The position numbers and the translations under genes are program-made. A DNA stretch of 64,000 bases from Planctomycetota bacterium. GTDB lineage: Bacteria > Planctomycetota > Phycisphaerae > UBA1845 > Fen-1342. Within the stretch, counting starts at the first letter, position 1. Each line of letters opens with the position of its first letter. Under the pieces are notes generated by a model that saw only the letters and a list, made by a program, of their open reading frames with translations, searched no databases and had not been told where the DNA came from. The stretch lies in the NCBI GenBank assembly GCA_040755725.1, contig JBFMAI010000032.1, positions 85,467 through 149,466 on the forward strand, in the 5' to 3' direction. Shown piece by piece: positions 36,787 through 45,040 of the stretch.

Positions 36787-38955
36787 ATGTCCGACGTACC
36801 GCACCCCACCAAGTTCCCGGAGAACGCCTACCGCGAACTTAAACCCGGCGAGAAGTACGTTCCGATGGTCCCGCCGACGATGACCGTCCCGGAGCTCACG
36901 GGCCGGATGTTCATCTTCGGCCTCATCATGAACGTTGTCTTCTCCGTGGCGGCGACGTTCCTGGCCCTGAAGGCCGGACAGGGCATCGAGACGGCGATCC
37001 CGATCTCGATCCTGGCGGTCGGGCTGTCGGGCCTTCTTCTGAAGGCCGGCGGGCGGGCCAGCTCGATCCTCGAGAACATGTACATCCTCTCGATCAGCAC
37101 GACGAGCGGGTACGTGGCGGGCGGGACGTGCTTCACGATGCCGGCGATTTATATTCTGAAGCTCAACCAGCCCGACCATCTGAACATCGGGGACGTGTCG
37201 CTGTTTCTCCAGATCGCCTTCGTGCCGTTGTTGGGGGCGATCCTCGGGGCCCTGTTCCTGATTCCGTTCCGGCGTTACTTCGTCAAGGAGATGCACGGCA
37301 AGCTGCCGTTTCCCGAGGCGACCGCGACGAACGAGATCCTCGTCACCGGGGCGTCGGGCAGTACCACGCAAGCCTGGATCCTGATCTACTCGTTCGTCCT
37401 GTCGGCGGTTTACACGTTCGTCGCCACCGGGCTGAAGCTGTTCAGCGAGAAGTTCACCACGGGCGTGGTGAAGCTGGAGGCCGCCGGCAAGGAGGCCGTC
37501 AGCGCGCTGGCCTTCGGGGACACCGGGCTCTTCGCGACCTTGACCGAGAAGGTGAAGGCGGTCTTTCAGATGGGCGCCGGGGCCTACTACCTGGGACTGG
37601 GCTTCATCATCGGTCCCCGCTACGCCTCGATCATCTGCGCCGGCTCGTTTCTGTCGTGTTTCGCCATCATCCCGCTGTTGGGGCTGCTCAGCCTGGACCA
37701 ATTGCAGCTCCTCAATCCAGCCATCAAGGGCACGTCGGTCGATCAGATCTTCATGGCCATTCCCCGCAACATCGGCATCGGCGCCATTTTCGCCGCCGGT
37801 CTGATCTCGATTCTGAAGATGAGCGGCGTGATCGTGACGGCCTTGCGGCAGGCGCTGGGCAGCCTGGCGCAGCAGCGCAGTGCGGGCCTGGGCGACCGCA
37901 CCGACGAGGACGTGAGCTACGGTGTCCTGTTCGTGTTGGGGCTGGTGGTGGTCATCGCGATGGCGGTGTTCTTCCGCAACGTGGCGCTGGCCGGACTGGA
38001 CAACGGCGCGTGGCTGACGTTCATCTCCGTGGTCCTGGCCTTGGTGATCACGTTCTTGTTCACCACCGTTTCGGCCTGGGCGATTGCCATGATTTCCGTC
38101 ACGCCGATCTCCGGCATGACCGTGACCACGATCATCATCACGGCCGTGCTGATGGTGATGGCGGGGTTGCCCAAGGGCGACCGGGCGATGCTCGCCGTGC
38201 TGCTGGTGGGCGGCGTGGTCTGTACCGGACTCTCGATGGCCGGCGGGCTGATCACCAACTTCAAGATGGGCTACTGGCTCGGGGCCAGTCCCAGGCGCAT
38301 TACGTGGAACGCCTTGATCGGCTCACTGGTCTCGGCCCTGTGTGTCTGCGGCACCATCATGGTGCTGGCCAACAACCCCGGGTATGTACCCATTCCCGAT
38401 AAGCCGCCGCCCCTGGCGGCCCCGCAAGCGAACATGATGGCCACCGCGCTGGAGAGCTTCCTCGGCACGGCCGGTCAGGTTCCGTGGCTGCTCTACGGCG
38501 TGGGCGTGGTCATCGCGCTGATCATGCAACTGCTGGGCATCTCGCCGCTGGCATTCGGCCTGGGCATGTATCTGCCGATGTACATTAACACACCCATCTT
38601 GATCGGTGCTTGGGTGTCGTCGTTGGTCAAGAAGAGCACGAAGGACGAGCAGCTCTCCAAGGCGCGCAGCAACAAGGGCATTCTGATCGCGTCCGGCCTG
38701 ATCGCCGGCGGAGCGATCATGGAAGTGCTGCTCAGCTTCGCCGGCTCACTGGATGACCTGTGGTGGGGCAACAAGGTCATGCCGGCCCTCGACATGGGCG
38801 GGCACCTCGTCGAAGGCGGCGCCGACCCCGTGGGCCTGGCCCGCCTACAGAACTGGCTCGGCTTGCTGCTGTTCCTGGCCCTGTGCGTGTTCGTGTACAT
38901 CGACTGCCGCCGGGCCAAGGCCGAGCTGGCCGCGGGCGCCGAGCTGCACGGCTAA
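36787..38955 (+). CDS. OPT-family oligopeptide transporter
   Basis: Approximately 720 aa polytopic membrane protein with the typical OPT N-terminus (NAYRELKPGEKYVP...ELTGRMFIFGLIM). Confidence 0.75.
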   Translation: MSDVPHPTKFPENAYRELKPGEKYVPMVPPTMTVPELTGRMFIFGLIMNVVFSVAATFLALKAGQGIETAIPISILAVGLSGLLLKAGGRASSILENMYILSISTTSGYVAGGTCFTMPAIYILKLNQPDHLNIGDVSLFLQIAFVPLLGAILGALFLIPFRRYFVKEMHGKLPFPEATATNEILVTGASGSTTQAWILIYSFVLSAVYTFVATGLKLFSEKFTTGVVKLEAAGKEAVSALAFGDTGLFATLTEKVKAVFQMGAGAYYLGLGFIIGPRYASIICAGSFLSCFAIIPLLGLLSLDQLQLLNPAIKGTSVDQIFMAIPRNIGIGAIFAAGLISILKMSGVIVTALRQALGSLAQQRSAGLGDRTDEDVSYGVLFVLGLVVVIAMAVFFRNVALAGLDNGAWLTFISVVLALVITFLFTTVSAWAIAMISVTPISGMTVTTIIITAVLMVMAGLPKGDRAMLAVLLVGGVVCTGLSMAGGLITNFKMGYWLGASPRRITWNALIGSLVSALCVCGTIMVLANNPGYVPIPDKPPPLAAPQANMMATALESFLGTAGQVPWLLYGVGVVIALIMQLLGISPLAFGLGMYLPMYINTPILIGAWVSSLVKKSTKDEQLSKARSNKGILIASGLIAGGAIMEVLLSFAGSLDDLWWGNKVMPALDMGGHLVEGGADPVGLARLQNWLGLLLFLALCVFVYIDCRRAKAELAAGAELHG

Positions 38956-39097
38956 ACCCGGGCGGGCGTAGCGGCGACACGCGGCCGTCGCCGCTGCGGC
39001 GGGACGGCCAGGGACGCGGCCGATGTCTTCGTCGGCAGGGCGTTTGTTTTCTGCGCCCCCTTGGCCGCTCGTCCCCTGGGTCCCTATGGGACGCGTC

Positions 39098-40483
39098 ATG
39101 ACGGAAGCGCCCCCCGCACACCCCCTTCGCCTGAGCTGGAAGTTCCCGCGCACCTTCTGGTTCGCCAACGCCGCCGAGTTGTGTGAACGCGCCGCCTACT
39201 ACGGCATGTTCATCACGCTGATCCGCTACCTGAACCAGTCGGTCGGCTTCTCGGACGTGCAGGCCGCCTGGTTGACCGGGGCGTTCGCTTCGATCCTCTA
39301 TTTCCTGCCGACCTTCATGGGCCTGCTGGCCGATCGGATCGGCTTCCGCCGCGCCCTCATCCTGGCCTTCGCCCTGCTGACCGTCGGCTACGCCCTGCTC
39401 GGCGCCTTCCAACTCAAGCTCACCGCGGTCCTGTCGCTGGTCCTGATCATGGTCGGTGGGGCGATCGTGAAGCCCGTGATCTCCGGCACCGCGGCGAAGT
39501 GCAGCGACTCCGCCCACCGCGCCCGGGCCATGTCCATCTTCTACATGATCGTCAACATCGGCTCGTTCGCGGGCAAAGGGCTGGCGGCGGAGCTGAACGT
39601 CCGGTTCGGCTTGCAATTCATTCACCTCTACGCCGCGGGGATGGCGCTGACGGCGCTGGTGCTCGTGTCCCTGTTCTACCGCAACGTGGACACCGCCGGG
39701 ACGGGCAAGACCCTGGCCGAGGCGGTCCACGGGCTGGGCCGGGTGCTGACCAACTTCCGTTTTCTCAGCCTGATCCTGATCGTGGCCGGCTTCTGGGCGA
39801 TCCAGGGTCAGCTCTACGCCTCGATGCCGACCTACGTGGAGCGCATGCTCGGCAAAGGCTACCGGCCGGAGTGGCTCGCCAACATCAACCCCCTGGTCGT
39901 CGTGCTGGGGGTCGTGCCGCTCACGCACCTCGTGCGGCACCTGCGGCCCGAAAGCTCCATCGGCATCGCGTTGCTGATCATCCCCTTCACCGCCCTGGTC
40001 ATCGCGCTGAACCCCGTCCTGGCCGCCCTGACCGGCGGCGTGGTGCGGATCGGGCCGATCGCGCTGCACCCGCTGATCATGACGTTCATCATCGGCATCG
40101 CCCTCCAGGGCCTGGCCGAGTGCTTCCTGTCGCCGAAGTTCTACGAGTTCACCTCCAAGCAGGCCCCCCCGGGCGAGGTGGGGCTGTACATGGGCTATCA
40201 GAGCCTGACCCAGTTCTTCGCGCAGCTCTTCGCCTTTGTGCTCTCCGGCTATCTCCTCAAGGGCTTCTGCCCGGACCCGAAAACGCTGCCGCCGGAGGTC
40301 CACGCCCAGTGGCAGGCCGCGCTGGCCGGCCAGGGCCCGCTGCCCGCGGCCTATGCCCAGGCCCATTACTTGTGGTACGCGTTCGTCGGCGTCGGCGTGA
40401 CGGCGTTCCTCGCCCTGCTCGTCTTCAAGTTCGTGACGGCCGCCATCGACCGTCGCCGGGCGGGCCCGCTTGCCGCCAACTGA
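39098..40483 (+). CDS. POT/PTR2-family proton-dependent di/tripeptide transporter (MFS)
   Basis: ERAAYYGMFITLIRYL (POT signature ExxERFxYYG-like), FYMIVNIGSF, 12-14 TM. Confidence 0.8.
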   Translation: MTEAPPAHPLRLSWKFPRTFWFANAAELCERAAYYGMFITLIRYLNQSVGFSDVQAAWLTGAFASILYFLPTFMGLLADRIGFRRALILAFALLTVGYALLGAFQLKLTAVLSLVLIMVGGAIVKPVISGTAAKCSDSAHRARAMSIFYMIVNIGSFAGKGLAAELNVRFGLQFIHLYAAGMALTALVLVSLFYRNVDTAGTGKTLAEAVHGLGRVLTNFRFLSLILIVAGFWAIQGQLYASMPTYVERMLGKGYRPEWLANINPLVVVLGVVPLTHLVRHLRPESSIGIALLIIPFTALVIALNPVLAALTGGVVRIGPIALHPLIMTFIIGIALQGLAECFLSPKFYEFTSKQAPPGEVGLYMGYQSLTQFFAQLFAFVLSGYLLKGFCPDPKTLPPEVHAQWQAALAGQGPLPAAYAQAHYLWYAFVGVGVTAFLALLVFKFVTAAIDRRRAGPLAAN

Positions 40484-40542
40484 GCCCAGGTCCACAATTC
40501 CGGAGGATTGGGCTGTAAAGCCCTGAGTGAGGAGGTTGCCTC

Positions 40543-42651
40543 ATGCGCGCGATTCACACGTCCGGGCCGGCGGGACGCCGACGCTCCCCTGTCACTCTCG
40601 TCGCTCTCTTCGTTCTGCTGTCGCCGGCGTGGGCCGCCGATCCGCCGGCCCGCACCCACGACATTACGGTCGATGACTATCTGACCATCCACCTTATCAC
40701 GACCTGCGAGACCTCGCCGGACGGCCGGTGGGTTGCGTTCACCGAGCTCCGCTGGGGCGACCACGACAAGCCGCGCTCCACCGACCTGTGGGTCGTCAAC
40801 ACCGAGACCGGGCGGCCGGTGCGGCTCACCTTCGACCCCGTCTCCGAACACTCCCCGCAGTGGGCCCCCGACAGCCAACACCTCTACTTCGTCACCAAGC
40901 GCCAGCGCGGCGACGACCGCCCGCCGTACGACGGCACCGACCAGGTCTGGGTCCTCACCACACACCCCGGCGAGCCGTTCCCGGTCACCCGGGTCAAGGG
41001 CGGCGTGCAGGGCTATCAGCTCGCGCACGACGGCCGGCTGCTGTACTACCTGAAGAAGGGCAAGGAGGCCGAGCGCGAATGGAAGTCCATGCGGGAGAAG
41101 TACCCCGGCATCGAGTTCGGCAGCGGGGCGTTTCACTACAACGAAATCTGGCAGCTCGACCTCGAAACCTGGCGCGAGAAGAAGCTCGTCGCCCCCGAAC
41201 GGTACATCACCGAGTTCAAGGTCGCCCCCGACGGCCGCCGGCTGGCCATGATTACCTCGCCCGACGACCGGCTGATCACCAAAGAGGGCCAGACCCGCGT
41301 CGATGTCTTCGACGTGCAGACCGAAAAGACGTTGACCCTGCCCGACAAGCTTTGGCGGGGCGACGCCCCGACGCCCTACGGCTGGCTGGAAGGCCTGGCC
41401 TGGTCGGACGACGGCGACCGGCTGGCGTTCACGGTCGGTTTTGACGGGTATCAGACGGAGATTCTCGTCGCCGAGTGGACCGGCGATCGGCCCGCCGTCC
41501 GCCGCTTGACGCGGCCCGACGAAATCTCGGTCAGCGGCAGCCTCCAATGGGTGCCGGGGACGACGGACCTGTGCTTCCGGGCGCAGCGGCGGGCCCGCGA
41601 GCACATCTACTGCCTCGCCGACGTGCGCGACGGGAAGCAAGGTGCCCACCGGGTACTCACGCCGGGTGACATCGTGGTCCACGGCTTCAGCTTCGCTCCG
41701 GACGGCCGGCACGTCGCGTACATCATGAGCGGCACGCAGCACATGACGGACGTGTTCTGGGCTGACGCGCGGACGCCCGCCGCCGCCCCGACGCGGCTGA
41801 CGCGGATCAATCCGCAGATGGACACGTGGAAGCTGCCGCAAATCACACTCGTGGCGTGGAAGGCCCCGGACGGTGCCGAGGTCGAGGGCATCCTCGAACT
41901 GCCGCCGGGCTACAAGGACGGCGACGGCCCGCTGCCGCTGGCAGTCGAGCTGCACGGCGGGCCGACCGATGCGACGCTGATCGGGATGCAATATTGGATT
42001 TACGGGCGGACGCTCTTCCCCGCTCGCGGCTGGGCCCTGCTGAGCCCCAACTACCGCGGCTCGACGGGCTACGGCGACAAGTTCATGACCGACCTCATCG
42101 GCCGCGAGGCCGACATCGAGGTGCAGGACGTGCTCGCCGGCGTCGATGCCATGATCGAGCGCGGCATCGCCGACCCGGACCGCCTCGGCGTGATGGGCTG
42201 GAGCAACGGCGGCTTTGTGACGAACGCGGTCATTACGACCACGCAGCGGTTTAAGGCCGCCAGCAGCGGGGCCGGCGTACTCGACATGTTCATGCAGTGG
42301 GGGCTGGAGGACACGCCGGGGCACGTCATCAACTACATGCGCGGCCTGCCTTGGGAGCGCACCGAGGCGTACGTCAAGGCGTCGCCGGGCTACCGGCTCG
42401 GCAAGGTGACGACGCCGACGATTATCCACGTCGGCGAGAATGACGAGCGCGTGCCGGCGGCGAATGCGCGGACGCTGTACCGGGCGCTGAAGGAGTACAC
42501 CAAGACGCCGGCGATTCTGCTCGTGTATCCCGGCGCCGGGCACGGGCTGGCGATTTCCGACCACCGCAAGGGCAAGCTGGACTGGGACGTGGCGTGGTTC
42601 GACCGATACGTGCTGGGCAAGGCGGATGAACCCGCCGGCGAAGAAAAGTAG
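40543..42651 (+). CDS. S9-family serine peptidase (prolyl oligopeptidase/acylaminoacyl-peptidase-like) with an N-terminal beta-propeller
   Basis: Signal peptide. Propeller repeats. Catalytic GWSNGG (Ser), then D and H in the C-terminal alpha/beta-hydrolase domain. Confidence 0.8.
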   Translation: MRAIHTSGPAGRRRSPVTLVALFVLLSPAWAADPPARTHDITVDDYLTIHLITTCETSPDGRWVAFTELRWGDHDKPRSTDLWVVNTETGRPVRLTFDPVSEHSPQWAPDSQHLYFVTKRQRGDDRPPYDGTDQVWVLTTHPGEPFPVTRVKGGVQGYQLAHDGRLLYYLKKGKEAEREWKSMREKYPGIEFGSGAFHYNEIWQLDLETWREKKLVAPERYITEFKVAPDGRRLAMITSPDDRLITKEGQTRVDVFDVQTEKTLTLPDKLWRGDAPTPYGWLEGLAWSDDGDRLAFTVGFDGYQTEILVAEWTGDRPAVRRLTRPDEISVSGSLQWVPGTTDLCFRAQRRAREHIYCLADVRDGKQGAHRVLTPGDIVVHGFSFAPDGRHVAYIMSGTQHMTDVFWADARTPAAAPTRLTRINPQMDTWKLPQITLVAWKAPDGAEVEGILELPPGYKDGDGPLPLAVELHGGPTDATLIGMQYWIYGRTLFPARGWALLSPNYRGSTGYGDKFMTDLIGREADIEVQDVLAGVDAMIERGIADPDRLGVMGWSNGGFVTNAVITTTQRFKAASSGAGVLDMFMQWGLEDTPGHVINYMRGLPWERTEAYVKASPGYRLGKVTTPTIIHVGENDERVPAANARTLYRALKEYTKTPAILLVYPGAGHGLAISDHRKGKLDWDVAWFDRYVLGKADEPAGEEK

Positions 42652-42914
42652 TGACGGTGACGAGTCGGCGGTGGCCTGCCCCCGCCGCGCTCGCCGCCAT
42701 AGCGGCCCGGCCCCGTGTCGGCCGGCCGGTAGCGCTGCATGGGAGCCGGCCCGCTGTGGCGGTAGTCCGGCGTCGCGGAGGGCGATGGCCGTCGCGCCGC
42801 GCGGGCCTCGCGCTCGGGGTTGGTCCGCAGCGCGAATATGAGCCCGGAGCGCTGGCGACGGGTCGGGCCGACCGGCCATTGGCCGGTGCCACACCGGCCG
42901 CGGCCGGGCGTCGT

Positions 42915-43460
42915 CTAATGTGGCGTGCCGTCCGGTTCCGCCGGGGTGTCGTCAGATTCCGCGGCCGTGTCTTCGCTGTCGACCGCGCTGCCGCGCGGGG
43001 GGTGCTGCCGCCCCTTAACGAGCTTGAACTCGCCCACTGGCGCGACCCGTCGGTAGCCGAGGTACAGCGCGATGTCGAGAATCTCGGTGAGCGTCGGGAA
43101 CGGCCGGTCATTCACGCGCTTGTACTCGTCCACCGCCTTGAGGAAGTCGAGCTGCTCCTCATTCATGTGGCCTTCTTCGGCGGCCCGACGATAGTCAGTC
43201 CGCCGACGGCCGGGACCGCGGCGACGATCGAGTTGCGAACGCCGGTCACCCCCGGATCGGCGATCGACCGCCGCCCGCCGTTCCACTGCCGGTTCAGGCG
43301 TGGCCGCCGCGGGCGTACCGTCGGTCGAACTCGGGCCGCCCGCAGGGGCCGGCTTCGGCGTCCTGCCGCGGCCGGCTGCGGCCCCGGCCATCGGCGCGGG
43401 CGCAGCGCCACGGGCCGGCGCGCGACGCGCCGGGACCTTCTGCGTCGTCTTCTGGCTCAT
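42915..43460 (-). CDS. Hypothetical protein with a strongly basic, Arg/Pro/Ala-rich disordered N-terminal half and a conserved-looking C-terminal approximately 80 aa domain. An internal alternative start lies at MNEEQ, about 43166.
   Basis: High GC3 throughout. N-terminal RR/RG repeats (RRGPGRRRTDYRR). C-terminal domain MNEEQLDFLKAVDEYKRVNDRPFPTLTEILDIALYLGYRRV. Confidence 0.5.
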   Translation of the reverse strand: MSQKTTQKVPARRAPARGAAPAPMAGAAAGRGRTPKPAPAGGPSSTDGTPAAATPEPAVERRAAVDRRSGGDRRSQLDRRRGPGRRRTDYRRAAEEGHMNEEQLDFLKAVDEYKRVNDRPFPTLTEILDIALYLGYRRVAPVGEFKLVKGRQHPPRGSAVDSEDTAAESDDTPAEPDGTPH

Positions 43461-43603
43461 ACGAGTCTTATCGTCGCTTGAGGCCGACCGTCTGCACCCC
43501 GCCGGAACCCCGAGTTCGGCGATTCCGGCGGGGCGTGCCCCCCGCGTGTTGCGGTCCGGTTTACCGGCGACCGCGTCACCGTGGCCGGCGTGAGGGCGGG
43601 GGG

Positions 43604-43954
43604 CTACTCATCGTCGTCGACGTCGTCATCGAGGTCGTCATCGAGGTCGTCGTCATCGTCGAAGTCGTCGTCGAAGTCCTCGTCGAGGTCATCTTCCTCT
43701 TCCTCAAACTCCTCGTCCTCGTCTTCCGCCTCGTCGTCATCGACTTCGTCGTCGTCATCGGGCTGGCGGCGGCGGCCGTCCGCCACGAGGTGCAACGCCC
43801 CATCCGTCTCGTTGCTCACCTCGTCCAGTTCGTCCCCGTCGTCCGTGTCCGGCTCCTCGTCGATCTCCGGCAGCCAGTCCTCCTCGATCAACTCGGTCTC
43901 CGCCAAGCCCGCCGTCTCCACCTCGTTCCACTCGGATTCCCGGAACATCGTCAA
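43604..43954 (-). CDS. Extremely acidic small protein (116 aa, about 55% Asp/Glu)
   Basis: RBS aaggag. Sequence MTMFRESEWNEVETAGLAETELIEEDWLPEIDEEPDTDDGDELDEV...DDDDDLDDDLDDDVDDDE. The underlying DNA is a GTC/GAC-periodic low-complexity repeat. Confidence 0.55.
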   Translation of the reverse strand: MTMFRESEWNEVETAGLAETELIEEDWLPEIDEEPDTDDGDELDEVSNETDGALHLVADGRRRQPDDDDEVDDDEAEDEDEEFEEEEDDLDEDFDDDFDDDDDLDDDLDDDVDDDE

Positions 43955-44163
43955 GCTCCTTATGCAGCCGGCTTACCGCCGCTTACGTCACTCAGGGCCG
44001 GGCGAGAGCTCGCCCGGCGCGGCTACATACTTGCCCGACCCCGGTTCGTCAACCCCGATTCTCGGCATTCCGGGACCGGGGACGGCCAGGCGGGCCGGCA
44101 CCGAAGACGCGGTCGGCCGATGGAGTATAATGGACCACCAGCGCTCGACCCGCAGGAGTTGCT

Positions 44164-44373
44164 ATGTCCGCCATTTTCGACCGATTTTCGAAGCGTTTTG
44201 AACGCCGCCAGGAGCAGAAGAAGCTGGCGCGCGAGATCGTGGACCCGGACGCCCCGCCGATCCCCGACGCCCCCGTCGAGCAGGCCCACGCGGAAAGAAC
44301 GCCGCAGCGAAACGACCCGTGCCCGTGCGGATCGGGGAAGAAGTACAAGAAGTGCTGCGGAAAGGGTTCGTGA
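44164..44373 (+). CDS. SEC-C motif (SecA C-terminal-like, YecA/UPF0225-type) small metal-binding protein
   Basis: C-terminus [17 protein letters not shown]. Confidence 0.7.
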   Translation: MSAIFDRFSKRFERRQEQKKLAREIVDPDAPPIPDAPVEQAHAERTPQRNDPCPCGSGKKYKKCCGKGS

Positions 44374-44816
44374 GCGCTCCCGCCCGTGTCACTCCGTGGT
44401 ACGTTGACGGCCTCCGGTTCGCCTGCACCCAGTGCGGGGCGTGCTGCAGTGGGGCGCCGGGGCACGTCTGGGTCGATGGCGATGAAATTGACGCGATTGC
44501 GGCCTTTCTCGGCCTGACGCCCGAGCAGTTCAACCGCCGGCACGTTCGTCGCGTCGGTCGCGGCCGCAGCCTGCTCGAGCTCCCCGGCGGCGACTGCGAG
44601 TTCCTGGAACGTCTGCCCGACGGAAAGACCCGCTGCCGGATTCACCCCGTCCGTCCGACCCAGTGCCGGACGTGGCCGTTCTGGCGGTCGAACCTGACCA
44701 CGCTCCAGGCTTGGCGTCTGACCGGCCGCGGCTGTCCCGGCATCGACCGCGGCCCGCTGCACACGCTGCCGGTCATCCAACAAGCGCTCACGGACAACGG
44801 CAGTCGACCGTTGTGA
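44370..44816 (+). CDS. YkgJ-family (UPF0153) CxxCxxCC cysteine-cluster protein (GTG start overlapping the upstream stop)
   Basis: [10 protein letters not shown]...GDCEFL...[21 protein letters not shown] overlap indicates translational coupling to the SEC-C gene. Confidence 0.65.
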   Translation: MSAPARVTPWYVDGLRFACTQCGACCSGAPGHVWVDGDEIDAIAAFLGLTPEQFNRRHVRRVGRGRSLLELPGGDCEFLERLPDGKTRCRIHPVRPTQCRTWPFWRSNLTTLQAWRLTGRGCPGIDRGPLHTLPVIQQALTDNGSRPL

Positions 44817-45040
44817 AAGTGGGGCAAAACAACCTCGCGGCGGTGATTGTCTCCTCGACCGCACGCGGTGCCCGGCCGTCTCGCCACGCCGGATTGGGGA
44901 TGACCCGCCAATACAAACATGGCCGGCGGCCTGTGTGGCATGCTCGCGGCCTTGGACCGACGTGCTCCGCCTGGAGTTCCGGGGGTGGCCACGGCCGGTG
45001 CGGAGCCCGGTCGCCAAAGGCGACTGGCTGTGGGGAGCCG

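Noticed and set aside
38777-42894. Long minus-strand ORFs (572 aa and 842 aa)
   Set aside because: Antisense to the POT transporter and S9 peptidase genes, which have clear domain signatures. Compositionally Arg/Gly/Pro-biased.
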